A DNA stretch of 64,000 bases, taken from positions 29,482,016 through 29,546,015 of the forward strand of contig NC_068994.1 in the NCBI RefSeq assembly GCF_001194135.2, read 5' to 3'. The notes below the pieces were generated by a model. That model did not search any database and was not told the DNA's origin. It was given only the letters and a program-made list of their open reading frames with translations. This document shows, piece after piece, positions 40,074 through 53,155 of this stretch. Within the stretch, counting starts at the first letter, position 1. Each line of letters opens with the position of its first letter. Made by a program: the position numbers and the translations under genes. The DNA is from Octopus bimaculoides (Eukaryota).

Positions 40074-42800
40074 GACAGGGCCATTAGAGAAAAGAAACAG
40101 GCTTGGAAGGACTGGAAGAACGGTGGTAGCAGGGAATTGTATCAGACTGCCAGAAGGGAAGCTAGGAGACAGGTTTATTTAGTCAAAGGGAAAGCAGATA
40201 AGAAAAAATTTGCCAATGTTCTGTGCCGTGAGGACCAAAGACTTGAGGTATTTCGTATTGCAAGACAGTGTGTGAGAGAGAATAGTGATGTTGTAGGAGA
40301 GAAATGTGTCCGCATGGATGATAGTTCACTTGCACTAAACGAGGCTGCAAAGAAAGAGGTTTGGAGATGCCACTATGAAAGGTTGCTTAATACAGAGAAT
40401 GAATGGGAAAAAGAGAGTNNNNNNNNNNNNNNNNNNNNNNNNNNNNNNNNNNNNNNNNNNNNNNNNNNNNNNNNNNNNNNNNNNNNNNNNNNNNNNNNNN
40501 NNNNNNNNNNNNNNNNNNNNNNNNNNNNNNNNNNNNNNNNNNNNNNNNNNNNNNNNNNNNNNNNNNNNNNNNNNNNNNNNNNNNNNNNNNNNNNNNNNNN
40601 NNNNNNNNNNNNNNNNNNNNNNNNNNNNNNNNNNNNNNNNNNNNNNNNNNNNNNNNNNNNNNNNNNNNNNNNNNNNNNNNNNNNNNNNNNNNNNNNNNNN
40701 NNNNNNNNNNNNNNNNNNNNNNNNNNNNNNNNNNNNNNNNNNNNNNNNNNNNNNNNNNNNNNNNNNNNNNNNNNNNNNNNNNNNNNNNNNNNNNNNNNNN
40801 NNNNNNNNNNNNNNNNNNNNNNNNNNNNNNNNNNNNNNNNNNNNNNNNNNNNNNNNNNNNNNNNNNNNNNNNNNNNNNNNNNNNNNNNNNNNNNNNNNNN
40901 NNNNNNNNNNNNNNNNNNNNNNNNNNNNNNNNNNNNNNNNNNNNNNNNNNNNNNNNNNNNNNNNNNNNNNNNNNNNNNTACCTAGCCAAAGATAAACCTC
41001 TGTACCTGGCTTTCGTTGACATGGAGAAAGCCTTTGACAGGGTCCCTTGATCCCCTATCTGGTGGTAAATGAGGAAACTAGGGATAGATGAATGGTTAGT
41101 GAGAGCTGTGCAAGTCATGTACAGGGACGCTGCCAGTAAGGTGAGGGTTGGCAATGAGTACAGTGAAGAATTCCAGATAGAGGTAGGGGTCCACCAAGGT
41201 TCAGTCCTCAGCCCCCTCCTATTTATCACAGTCCTCCAGGCAATAACAGAGGATTTCAAGACAGGATGCCCCTGGGAGCTCCTCTATGCTGACGACCTTG
41301 CCCTAATTGATGAATCACTATCAGAACTAGAAGAGAAGTTTCAGGTGTGGAAGCAAGGATTAAAATCGAAGGGCCTTAGAGTCAACCTAGCTAAAACCAA
41401 AGTCCTAATAAGTAGGAAGACAGACAAACCACAAATCCCTTCAGGTAGATGGCCCTGCTCGATCTGTAGAAAAGGCGTAGGTAGAAACTCTATAAGATGT
41501 GCCCAGTGTAAGCTATGGACACATAAGGGGTGCAGCAATACCAAAGGAAGGCTAACTGGGAAGATAGCTTTTGCATGTGGCAGATGCTCAGGAGCAATAA
41601 ACACTGAAAATAAATATGCAGAGAACAACTTCCGCCACATTCCAGGGAGAAAAACTAGAAGTAGTTGATAGCTTCCGTTACCTAGGTGACCAAGTCAGTA
41701 GCGGGGGAGGGTGTGCTGAAAGTGTAGCTGCTAGTATAAGAATAGCCTGGGTAAAGTTCAGAGAGCTCTTACCTCTGCTGGTGACAAAGAGCCTCTCGCT
41801 CAGAGGCATGTGTACGAACAGCCATGCTACATGGCAGTGAAACATGGCCGTGACTGTTGAGGACATGCATAAGCTAGCAAGGAATGCAGCCAGTATGCTC
41901 TGCTGGATGTGTAATGTCAGTGTGCATACTCGACAGAGTATAAGTACCTCGAGAGAAAAGTTGGACCTAAGAAGCATCAGTTGTGGTGTGCAAGAGAGAC
42001 GACTGCGTTGGTATGGTCATATGGTGAGAATGGGTGAGGATAGCTGTGAAAAAGTGCCACACCCTAGCAGTTGAGGGAACCTGTGGAAAAGGTAGACCCA
42101 AGACTTGGGATGAGGTGGTGAAGCGCGACCTTTGAACATTAGGCCTCACTGAGACAATGACTTGTGACTGAGACTTTGGAAATATGCTGTGTGTGAGAAG
42201 ACCCGGCAAGGCAAGTGAGACCTTAACCCGTGACCTATGCCAGGGGTGTAACCAGCTCACTTATGCGTACCTTTCTTTCATTAGCCACTAAACTCTGCTT
42301 GCAAAGACCTGTTGAGGGAAGTGAAATCGAAATCAAATTCAACAACTGACATCCGTGCTAGTGGAGCACTAAGAGCACCATCCGAGCAAGATCGTTGCCA
42401 GAGCAGCTCTCTGGCTTCTGTACTGGTGGCATGTAAAAAGCACCATTTGAGCATGATCGTTACCAGCGTCACCTTACTGGTACTTATGCCGGTGGCATGT
42501 GAAAAAACATTCGAGTGAGGTTGTTGCCAGTGCTGCTGGACTGACTCCTGTGCAGGTGGCACATAAAAAACACCATTTGAGTGTGGCCTTTGACAGTACT
42601 GACTGACTGGCCCTCATGCCAATGGCACGTAAAAATACCCACTATACTCTCGGAGTGGTTGGCGTTAGGAAGGGCATCCAGCTGTAGAAACTCTGCCAGA
42701 TCAGATTGAAGCCTAGTGCAGCCATCTGGTTCATCAGTCCTCAGTCAAATCGTCCAACCCATGTCAGCATGGAAAGCAGACGTTAAATGATGATGATGAT
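40074..42800 (+). mobile_element. Best-preserved RTE-clade LINE copy: RT, Cys-rich insert, 3'UTR, (GAT)n tail; spans a gap
   Basis: YLAFVDMEKAFDRVP, GVHQGSVLSPLLF, LLYADDL, FRYLGD and RLRWYGHMVRM; ends ggaaagcagacgttaaatgatgatgatgat. Confidence 0.95.
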
Positions 42801-43864
42801 ATAGGTGTTCTAGTGCCAGGTAGGTGGCAACAGTCTGGTGTCCTATCTATAATACTCTGCTGAGTAGGTTTTTCTTTTATTAAAAGTTTATGTCTTCCAT
42901 GATTTTCCTGCCAGTACCATAAACTAATTAAGATTTGAGAAATCAGATAGTTTTTGAACTTGGCCCTTATAAGCAGCCAATATATTCTATTATTATTCTA
43001 AAAAAACCTCACTTCCCACCATGTAGCTTGATGAGCAAGTCAACTTATATCTTCTGCCTTACCTGTTTGTGTATTTTTGGCATGGTGTATTCCAAAGATG
43101 CATCGATAAAATGCTGCCAAAACAGCTGTTGTGAATTTTGAACCCCACTGTTCTTTTATACATATGCGGCAGAGGAAACCATCCCTGAGTTGGATCTACA
43201 TTTTGTAAGGATCAGGTACCTATGTTTATATATAGATTTGTCTATATGCACTTATACATAGATAAACGTGTAGATGTTTATGTACACATTTACAGCATAC
43301 AACCAACAAACAATAAAATCAATTATTCCTGAGTATTTCAAGCCCAGAACCCGACCTTTCATAGTATCATACATGTTGAAATACATAGATTCTAACAAAC
43401 CTTGCCACTGAATATAGACAATATTAAAAATAAGGATTACTCCAAAGTAGCAACAGCATTACCTTTGATTCTATAATTATATACTGCCTCTTAAGACTGA
43501 CATGTTTCATTTGCACTGATTAGTAACTGTTGCAATTGCAACCCAACAATATTATGGTGCAGTCACTTCAGGGTCTGAACTTGATATCTCTCGGTATGGC
43601 CGTTTAACGATTTTCTTTTATAAACTCTGCGTTGTATAGTGTAGAGCTGTCTATTAAGTCAGACATGAAAATCTCTACATCAAGTTCTTATAGGATAATC
43701 ATTTTTAGTCCATCATTTCAAAACCTTCTATAGTTTAAATGATAATTATTCATTTATACTTGGCAATTTCCTCATGTGCAAGCATCTCAATGCTTGCTCC
43801 TGTCTAGAGTTTATTACATTACCCTTGGATGTGAAAATTCTATATATATATATATATGTATGTA

Positions 43865-44067
43865 TGTGTGTCTGTGTTTGTCCCCCCACCATCGCTTGAC
43901 AACCGATGCTGGTGTGTTTACGTCCCCGTAACTTAGCGGTTCGGCAAAAAGAGACCGATAGAATAAGTACTAGGCTTACAAAGAAGAAGTCCTGGGGTCG
44001 ATATGCTCGACTAAAGGCAGTGCTCCAGCATGGCCGCAGTCAAATGACTGAAACAAGTAAAAGAGAG
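43865..44067 (+). mobile_element. SINE family A, 3' half, young copy
   Basis: CpG-intact copy abutting the Penelope-like relic. Confidence 0.9.
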
Positions 44068-44074
44068 TACATAA

Positions 44075-45030
44075 GTCACATCTATTGGTTCCAAGTCTGT
44101 ATGGTTTTGCAGTACAAATTAATTCCCATTTAATCATATAGTCCTTGTTACTGCCCTTAAAAGACTGGATTAATTTGCCAAGACTTGTTTGGAACCTTTT
44201 ATTTTTGTCTTTAAATAAACTCAATTGATTTGCCAGTCTCCTCTCGAAAATTAATGATGTCCGGCCAATGTAAAAGAATTCCTTACACTTATTTTCCACA
44301 TAAAAGGATTCCCGTTTAGAACAACTGCAAAGATAGCCTTTTATATTTCCCTCAGATCTAGTTTCAATTTAATCATTTGTTGTAGAATTAAGTTCATTTC
44401 CATCAAGTTCTTTATTACTATTTACTCCATTAGATAACGTTATCTTAGTTCTATTTGTAGCTGAACTTTTATTCGATTTGACGTTATTATTTATGTTAAA
44501 TTGGGTTGTTTCCCTTACCACGACATTTAATTTCCTAGCGTTCCCTTCTTTTTGAGTTTCTTTATTCCGTTTAAAGTTATTCTGCTTCAAATTTAGTGTG
44601 CTATTCTGATTGTAATTGCTTTTTTGAAATTTCGATATTATTTTAACATGATATGCTGCTATAATTTGAGCAATATTATGGCTAAGACAATACCCGATTT
44701 AATTTTATGTTAATTAAAAATTTTGTAATATTTGTGGTTTCTTGGAAAATATTTTTAAATGGTGAAATTAAACAATTTGGAAAAATTGTAATTTACCTGT
44801 TTATCAAATGGAACGATTAGCCATAAAGTATTCTTCGAGTTAAGATCATAATTTTGATGCTTATATCTGTTTTTTGAAGGAGTAAGTATTCTCTGATTTC
44901 GATCCATTTTAAAGTTAAAGAACTTTATTGGATTTATATGTTAACTGTTGAATAACATATTTTGAATACTTAACTGAGAGCAAACTGGTAATCGTTTTTG
45001 GAGTAATCTCTTACTGTTTACTAATATTTC
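44075..45030 (-). mobile_element. Penelope-like retroelement relic, RT C-terminus and GIY-YIG endonuclease
   Basis: FFYIGRTSLIFERRLANQ...TSLGKLI...IKWELICTAKPYRLGTNRCDLC; upstream NTLWLIVPFDKQV...YFPRNHKYYKIFN resembles the PLE thumb/linker. Confidence 0.8.
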
Positions 45031-45039
45031 GTCATCCCA

Positions 45040-46100
45040 ATCATGAACTCCAGTCTCCTGAAATCAGCTTTCAGCATCTCTTCCTATGGTTTCACTTTCA
45101 TACATTCCTCTCACTTGAATAATTCAAAACTTCTTTACACAACTGTCCTTCTCCATATGTGTTACATGTTTATACTAACTCAGCCTTCTCTTTTGTGCAC
45201 TACACCTAATTCTTCTTACACTGTTTTCTCTCAACTAATTTGCGCTGCTCCATTATTACATATTAACATTACACATAAAGCAGAGCATGCTCCCCGAATT
45301 TCTTTCCAGTATTTACATATCCTCAGCATTCAATGCCCATGTTTTGCAGCATTGCATTCGTGTACATACATCATACAATATGCCTTTCACTCTTTGTCGC
45401 CAGTAAAGGTAGTAGTATTCTAAACTTTCCCTACTATTCTTCCAGACACTCTCCTCAACTGTGCATAAGGTCATCTAAACAATATAAGCTACCAGCCATG
45501 GCTAGGGAGCCCTCAAACATTCCAAAACATGTATATTATGAGTGCTCTGTTAACTCCTTCTGCACATCTGCTACATTCAATGTCAGCTTACCTCTCATCT
45601 CACTGCAGTGTATGCGTAGTCTATGTTGGATACACTCTATGGAACTCCTACTTAGGTTGTCTTTATAGGCAAAGCAATGCCGGTTAACACAGTATACATA
45701 AATTAGCATTGCACCCCTCCTCTAAAACTCGTGGAGACCCCAAGCAAGAATCCATGCCCATAAGATGGCACAGCTCCCACTCTTTTCCTGTATATCAAGC
45801 ATGGCCACTGTACAGACTATACTTTAGTCCTGTTATGTTTCCATGCTACCCAATACTCTTATCTTTGCTTATATGTTTCGCATTTCTTCTCTAATTCTTT
45901 AATAGATTTAGCTACGAGAACTAAGTCATTGGTATACAGAAGCCCCATCAGATAGCTGGTTTTAAACTCCTATTATTGCATGGAATAGACTGAAAACCAA
46001 GTTCCGATGGTCATCTACTTGCATTTTTCTATTCACTTTCATCTCACTGATATCAGCTCTGCATAGCTTCCCCCATCCATCAACACCACCTTTTATCAGT
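45040..46100 (-). mobile_element. Old RTE LINE fragment
   Basis: Minus strand has decayed EFKT.....LLY.DDL, the Cys-rich insert and the W.KF..L thumb region. Confidence 0.72.
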
Positions 46101-46262
46101 AGCCCTCAGACAACAGAATATGTTTATTTTATTCCAAATTAGTTATACCATAATTATTTCTGCTATTTTAGTTTGATCCATCAATTTGATAACTCTGTAG
46201 CTGTTTATTCCTAGAGCACCGCCTTTGCCTTATTAACCATTAACGAACCTTTTTTCAAGTAC

Positions 46263-46700
46263 CTGATTGACTGCATGTGTGACTCGTGGGCAGCATCACG
46301 AAGACGACCCCTGATGGTCTGGTTGCTTTTCCTGACTCGATATCCTTAATGAAGTAGACCTGATGACTGATAATTCAATAGCTGGTCTTGTTGGGTCTCC
46401 GAAACAGTTTTCTCGTAGTAGCATTATTATATCCTTTTCTACTCTGCATCAGCAAAGGTGGGTACCCTGCTATTATTATGTATACATTTTTTCACAAATG
46501 ATGTCCCAATTCCCACTGACACCAGTACTCGTCAATTGAGAACACCTCGTTGTAGTATGTCCCAGCTAAGAAGAGTTAGGCGCTCTTAAAGCGTTGTGTA
46601 TAAATGACGTTTGCTATGGGATAATATATAGACTTGTTCCACAGCGATGGTATGTAGCTACCTCTACGTTTTAATTATGATAGGTAACCCTAGTACTAAG
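46263..46700 (-). promoter_or_regulatory. CpG-retaining segment, candidate first exon of the 485-aa ZNF gene
   Basis: Many CpGs relative to the flanks; minus-strand CAG|GTACTT donor at 46262. Confidence 0.25.
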
Positions 46701-48055
46701 CTAGTATTTGCTATACTGGGAGCTGGGTTTTTTTTTATTGTCAGACTACCTTTCCAACACGTCTTTATTTTATATTGATAGTGCCCCTATTTACATAGTT
46801 TTCATAGTTATGGCTCCTGCTAGTTCTTACTCTCGGATGATACAAAACACACCTTATACTGTTTTCATTCTTTTATTATTCATTACCTTCTCTTCACCAT
46901 AACAGTAAATCCTTTCCCCCCCTTTTCATCTCCAAAGGATACTTCAACTATTACTATAATAACCCATATCCATATTTTTATCGTAATTAAAATGCTGGCA
47001 GCGCGAAGTATTTTTGAAACGAAGAAAAAGATAGAGGAAAATAGCAAAGAATTACAAACACAAAGAAAGAAAGAAAGAAAGAAAATGGTAAAAAATAAAA
47101 AAATAAAGCCAATAGTGGGGGGGGGGGNNNNNNNNNNNNNNNNNNNNNNNNNNNNNNNNNNNNNNNNNNNNNNNNNNNNNNNNNNNNNNNNNNNNNNNNN
47201 NNNNNNNNNNNNNNNNNNNNNNNNNNNNNNNNNNNNNNNNNNNNNNNNNNNNNNNNNNNNNNNNNNNNNNNNNNNNNNNNNNNNNNNNNNNNNNNNNNNN
47301 NNNNNNNNNNNNNNNNNNNNNNNNNNNNNNNNNNNNNNNNNNNNNNNNNNNNNNNNNNNNNNNNNNNNNNNNNNNNNNNNNNNNNNNNNNNNNNNNNNNN
47401 NNNNNNNNNNNNNNNNNNNNNNNNNNNNNNNNNNNNNNNNNNNNNNNNNNNNNNNNNNNNNNNNNNNNNNNNNNNNNNNNNNNNNNNNNNNNNNNNNNNN
47501 NNNNNNNNNNNNNNNNNNNNNNNNNNNNNNNNNNNNNNNNNNNNNNNNNNNNNNNNNNNNNNNNNNNNNNNNNNNNNNNNNNNNNNNNNNNNNNNNNNNN
47601 NNNNNNNNNNNNNNNNNNNNNNNNNNNNNNNNNNNNNNNNNNNNNNNNNNNNNNNNNNNNNNNNNNNNNNNNNNNNNNNNNNNNNNNNNNNNNNNNNNNN
47701 NNNNNNNNNNNNNNNNNNNNNNNNNNNNNNNNNNNNNNNNNNNNNNNNNNNNNNNNNNNNNNNNNNNNNNNNNNNNNNNNNNNNNNNNNNNNNNNNNNNN
47801 NNNNNNNNNNNNNNNNNNNNNNNNNNNNNNNNNNNNNNNNNNNNNNNNNNNNNNNNNNNNNNNNNNNNNNNNNNNNNNNNNNNNNNNNNNNNNNNNNNNN
47901 NNNNNNNNNNNNNNNNNNNNNNNNNNNNNNNNNNNNNNNNNNNNNNNNNNNNNNNNNNNNNNNNNNNNNNNNNNNNNNNNNNNNNNNNNNNNNNNNNNNN
48001 NNNNNNNNNNNNNNNNNNNNNNNNNNNNNNNNNNNNNNNNNNNNNNNNNNNNNNN

Positions 48056-48104
<49 letters not shown>

Positions 48105-48110
48105 ATGTGT

Positions 48111-48228
48111 AACGTAGCGGTTCGGCAAAAGAGACCAATAGAATAAGTCCTGGGGTCGATTTGCTTGACTAAAAAGGCGGTGCTCCAGCATGGCCACAGT
48201 CAAATGACTGAAACGAGTAAAAGAGTAA
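48111..48228 (+). mobile_element. SINE family A, 3' end
   Basis: gcggttcggcaaaagagacc...gactgaaacgagtaaaagag after (TA)n(TG)n. Confidence 0.85.
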
Positions 48229-49339
48229 ACTGCATGTGTGTGCTTACATGTAATATGTACTATAATACATATTTACAATACATACTAAAGACAGAAAATA
48301 CATAAAATTACCTTAGTATGCATGAAATAAATCACGCTGAATGGTTGAAAATCGATATTAAAATCACTTTTTATGTGTCATATTGACCCCAGTATTTGTT
48401 TTTAAGTTTTGTATTTATTTTAGCATTCGCTAATGTCACACTGGAGAGAAGTGCCATACTTGTCGACCACCGACAGATTCTTAAAAGAACATACGAGCGT
48501 GTACAGAGAGAGAGAGAGGGGGGGATCTTCCTGCAGTTTTACCTACAAGGCATTGGTCTACCTGATGCTAAAAGACATACACTTACCTAAGATGACATGT
48601 GAGACCAAACCAAAACCATATAATTGCAAAATGAACTTATTAAGTACACAGCCATGTGTGCTTCTTCACACACACACGTGCTTTATGCTTCTTATAGTTT
48701 TGTAGGCTCCTTACAGAAACCTAGCTCATTCACACTCATTTAACTGAATGAAGAGGTACAGGAAGTCACAAAGCACTACATGGGCATGACAGCTACTGAC
48801 TTCAATGGAAGGTACACACACACTTAGATACCTGCATCTAAGTGAGTGCATACACCGTGTGTAGAGAGAATTCCACTTCTTTGCCACATTTCCCCTGGTG
48901 ACTCTGTGGTCTCTGGAACGAAACCTACAACAGTGAATGGACCATCATTGATAGGGCTTCAGCAGACTCATCCAGCACCCACAGTTGCCAACTCTGTCCC
49001 TACAAAAGACTGCTCATTCTTCACTAACCTGCAATGTCTAACAACAGGATATACAAACTCATTTGTTGCCACCAAATGTATGCCCTCCAAGTGAATATCA
49101 AACCCTGGCCACCGACACCCCAAATATACCAACTTAACATTGGTTGTACTTCTGCGCTGGCTGCTCCACTACCAAGGACAGGGTTCCTAACCACCGATGC
49201 CTATGCAGACCTACACAGGCTGACCTCCCAACCTTGCGTATCCTGTGTGGCCCCCACCTTTTATTTTTCATCCTCCTTCACACACCAACAAATCTCAGTC
49301 CAATGCCAGTTGTCTCCCACCACCAGGAATGCTGTTGCA

Positions 49340-49900
49340 ACTACACTACCATATATCTGTCATGCCCACATACATAAATACCAGAAGCACAAATATATAT
49401 ATATTTGTACATACACATGCACACACCATGTAAAAACACATGCATATATGTTCTTCCAGACAAACATGGGCACATTCATATGTTCACATATAAATACAAG
49501 AATGTATATACTCATGTTCACCAAGCATCCATACACACATATACAGCAGGCACTGACACACAAGAATTCACATACATACACATGCATAAACAACCAATAA
49601 TGCACTCAGCTTATGTATACAGTTGACACATACTCCTTCAGATTTGTGCATGCTAGTACTCACACACAGCTGATAAACACCTGCATCCATATGTACATAC
49701 ACCCCACCAAACACACACTTACACATCAATGAGCTAAAACTCTCAGACCTCACCCATATGCCAGTCCTCACCTGTATGCCAGCTTACACAGACGCACACC
49801 TCCCCCACCATTGTACACATGCATAGCTGACATGCATATAGATATCAGACATCCACAGCGACGCATTCATACATCTTTTATATGCACACCCCACCTTGCC
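49340..49900. repeat. Degenerate CA/CATA-rich low-complexity tract
   Basis: Runs of cacaca and catac variants; generates spurious ORFs. Confidence 0.6.
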
Positions 49901-50169
49901 ATCCATGTTTCTATCAGCCTGCAATTCACTTTAAGACCGGCCAGACTCCAAGACGCCACCAGCTTTCTGTTCAGCCATGGGATCCAAGAAATTTTACTTT
50001 CTAATGCATCTGGTGTTGCAGAAATGTGATCTGCCTTGACCAACAGTAGCCTAATTTCCAGGAGCCATCTTCGACTTCCTGTATCTCTTCATTCATTTAA
50101 CTGAACCTGAATGAGCTTGCAAAAGGAGCTAACTCTGGTTCACCTATCATAGTAATCTGTATTGAAACT

Positions 50170-50368
50170 CCTTGGTTGCTTACCTGCTAGAAATAGCAAC
50201 CCAAATGCTTTAAAATCAAATCTAAATGCTGAATGTTCAAGAACCAAATGAAGGGCAGATTTTCAATCCCAGGATCAACCCAATTCCAAACAGGTATAAT
50301 ATGTCTATGTAGACTGAGATACAGGGATCCCAGATGGACAGACAGGATTTCACTTTTATTAATATAGA
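50170..50368 (-). mobile_element. Helitron-like non-autonomous repeat, second copy
   Basis: Minus strand A|TCTATATTAATAAAAGTGAAATCCTGTCTGTCC; homologous to 8173-8370. Confidence 0.45.
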
Positions 50369-51141
50369 TGACAGTAATTTGAGAGAGATTTGGCTACTAT
50401 TTCTAACAGGTTGAGCAGCTATGTAGAAAATACCTCGTAGATTTGTTAGAGATGAAAATTAAATCAGTTTTCTCATTTACACAGGCTGTAATTAAAAATG
50501 ATGAAATCATATTGACATGGAGACATTGAAATAGAATTACCATCACAGGAGAAAATAAAAGATGAAAAAAGCAATCTCAAAGTTACATCATTTATTAAAA
50601 GAAGAGATGAAAATGAAGATAACAGTTGTGGGTATGGAACATCTGAAAAATATATAAGATATTTCCAAACATACAATTTAATTAAATTTAGCAGTCTGCA
50701 TGAAAATGAGAAAATGTATGTTAAATTACTTTATCTATTTAGTTTTGATAGTGTAATCAATGAACGATTGCATCATTCATCACATGTTCCCTGATGAGTT
50801 AATCACTGGTTCACTGCCATTATGGTAGTGAGAGAGAAAAGGGAGTGTGTGTAATTCAGTGCAGAATAAATATAGCAAGGGACTTTACTCAAAGTAGAGT
50901 GCTTTATTTTTCTTGCTGATATTCAGATCCATCACTGATAAACATCAGTTAAGGTCACACATACGCGGTTGTATATATTATAATTAATACTGCAATGCAT
51001 GAGAGAGAGCAATGTTGCTTCTATGAATTTTTAACAGATAAATACTTAGATCTTAAGCTAATGCTCTCAAAATGTGGTTACTCAGCCTCCATTGATCAAT
51101 TGACCTTCCAGCTGCATGTAAAAAAAACTTTATTAGGATTA

Positions 51142-51330
51142 AGGTGGTGAGCTGGCAGAATTGTTAGCATTTTGTTCATCTTTCATTCTGAGTTCAAATA
51201 CTGCCAAGGTCAACTTTGCTTTTCATCCTTTTAGGGTTGATAAAATAAGTACCTGTTATGTACTATGGTCAATGTAATCAACTTCTCCTCCCCTTGAAAA
51301 ACTGCTGGCCATGTGCCAAAATTTGAAACC
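51142..51330 (+). mobile_element. SINE family B copy
   Basis: ggtggtgagctggcagaattgttagc...gtcaactttgcttttcatccttttagggttgataaaataagtacc. Confidence 0.8.
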
Positions 51331-51550
51331 ATTATTATTATTAGGATGATGTAGTAACGTAATCATTTGGATGTCCAACAAAATACATTGTGATGCTTGT
51401 TTCTGCTCTTTACATTTTGAATTCAACTCCCATTAAGGTTAAACTACCTTTCATCCCACCAGGTCAATAAAGTGCCAGTTAAATACTTTATTTTCTCAAT
51501 TTATTCACCTAATTCTTCCCCTACATTTGAAACATTATTATTATTAAGAA

Positions 51551-51985
51551 GTGGCTGTGTGGTAAGTAGCTTGCTTACCAACCACATGGTTCTGGGTTCA
51601 GTCTCACTGCGTGGCACCTTGGGCAAGTGTCTTCTACTATAGCCTCGGGGTATGCTTTCATCCTCATCATCATCTCTCTCTCACTTTCTAGCTGTGAATG
51701 CCATGTATCTCCTCATCAGCAAGATATCTACTCCTATCATACTTTCACCTCCTTCAATACTACTTACCACTCAACTGAGGGGTCTTGTCTTGCAAGTACA
51801 TAGTGACATCACTATGATAAAAGCATCTAATACACTCTGTAAAGTGATTGGTCCAGCAGTAGAAACGAAGGCAAATCAGACATTGGAACTTGGTGCAGCC
51901 CTCTGGCTTATCAGTTCTTGTTGAACTAACCCATGGCAGCACTGAAAAAGGCTTTTAAATGATGAAGATGACAATGATGATGATG
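51551..51985 (+). mobile_element. SINE A head (51551-51650) followed by an RTE 3' end
   Basis: gtggctgtgtggtaag...gggcaagtgtcttctactatagcc, then ctgaggggtcttgtcttgcaagtac to a degenerate (GAT)n tail. Confidence 0.75.
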
Positions 51986-52469
51986 TTTTCTCATTAAATT
52001 TCAGCTCTCCAGTTTCCCTTTTCATTCAATAAGATACTGAAGAAGTTCATTCAATTCCATCTATTATCCCTTCTTACACAAAAAAAAGAGGATTTTCACA
52101 CAAATATGGTTGGACAGGACACATTTAAAGTATTCAGTTTGGTGCATTCAAGTCCCTTTCACAATGGGTTTCATGTCTGTACAGTTGATGCAAAGGACCT
52201 ATAATGGAAAGAGTTTACTTTAAAACACATTGCACTCATTAACACATTAAGAAGCAACAGCAACCAAGATAATAATAATTTCATTATCAAGAAAAATCAT
52301 TATTATCATTAATATGTGAGGAGATGACTGTTACTTCATTTATTAAATCACTTTCACTGGTCAAAGATGATAATCAGAGAATATATTCCAACAAAAATCA
52401 TGGTCAAAGTTTTAACTTTGGAAGAACAAAAAATAAAACCTTCCCATGATTGCAACCATGGCCACATGT

Positions 52470-52800
52470 TTAAGACATTTCCTTAGCAACTATTTGGTTT
52501 CATGTTCAGAACTTTGGGCAAGTACCTTCTACTTCAGCCCTAGACCAACTAATGCCTTGTAAGTGAATTTGGTAAACTAAAACTGTAGAAACCCATCATT
52601 TTATATGCATATGTGTGTGTGTGTGTGCTGTTATCTCTCACTACTTGACAACTGGTGTTCAATTGTGTCCATTATAACTTGGTAGTTCAGCAAAAAAAAC
52701 CCCAACTGGATAAGTTCTTGGGTCAATTTTATTGACTAAATCTTTCAAGGTAGTACTCCAGCGTAGCCATAAACCAACGAATGAAATAAAAGAATAAAAG
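52470..52800 (+). mobile_element. Diverged SINE family A copy
   Basis: Same head, microsatellite and tail order. Confidence 0.7.
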
Positions 52801-53155
52801 GATATATGTATATATCTTTTTCCAAGTGATATCAACCTCCTAATATTGCATTTGTTAACTCAAAATGACGCTGTATATTGCCAATTCAGCTTTGTATTGA
52901 GGAGCAGAGGACTTAGATGCTGACATAGTTATTTGCTAAATTTTGATAACATAACAGAAGCCAGATGCCCATAGTCTCAGGTTCATTCTCACTGTATGAC
53001 ACTTCAAGCAAGTGTCATCCAATATAGCTCTAGGGTTCTGACTGAATTTGATAGACAGAACCTGCACAAAGCCTATCATGTGCATACAAATGTGAACACA
53101 CACACATTATATATATAGTAAATGAAAGACGGAAGATTGAAGATATGAGAATTTT

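Noticed and set aside
42360-42660. CRISPR-like periodic repeats
   Set aside because: Whole units are mutually homologous with no unique spacers, they lie in a LINE 3'UTR, and no cas genes are present.
46360-46420. CTGATGA...GAAAC hammerhead candidate
   Set aside because: No convincing stem II or cleavage-site stems.
51551-51650. tRNA-like sequence (also other SINE heads)
   Set aside because: It continues into the SINE body with no full cloverleaf; a tRNA-derived SINE head, not a tRNA gene.
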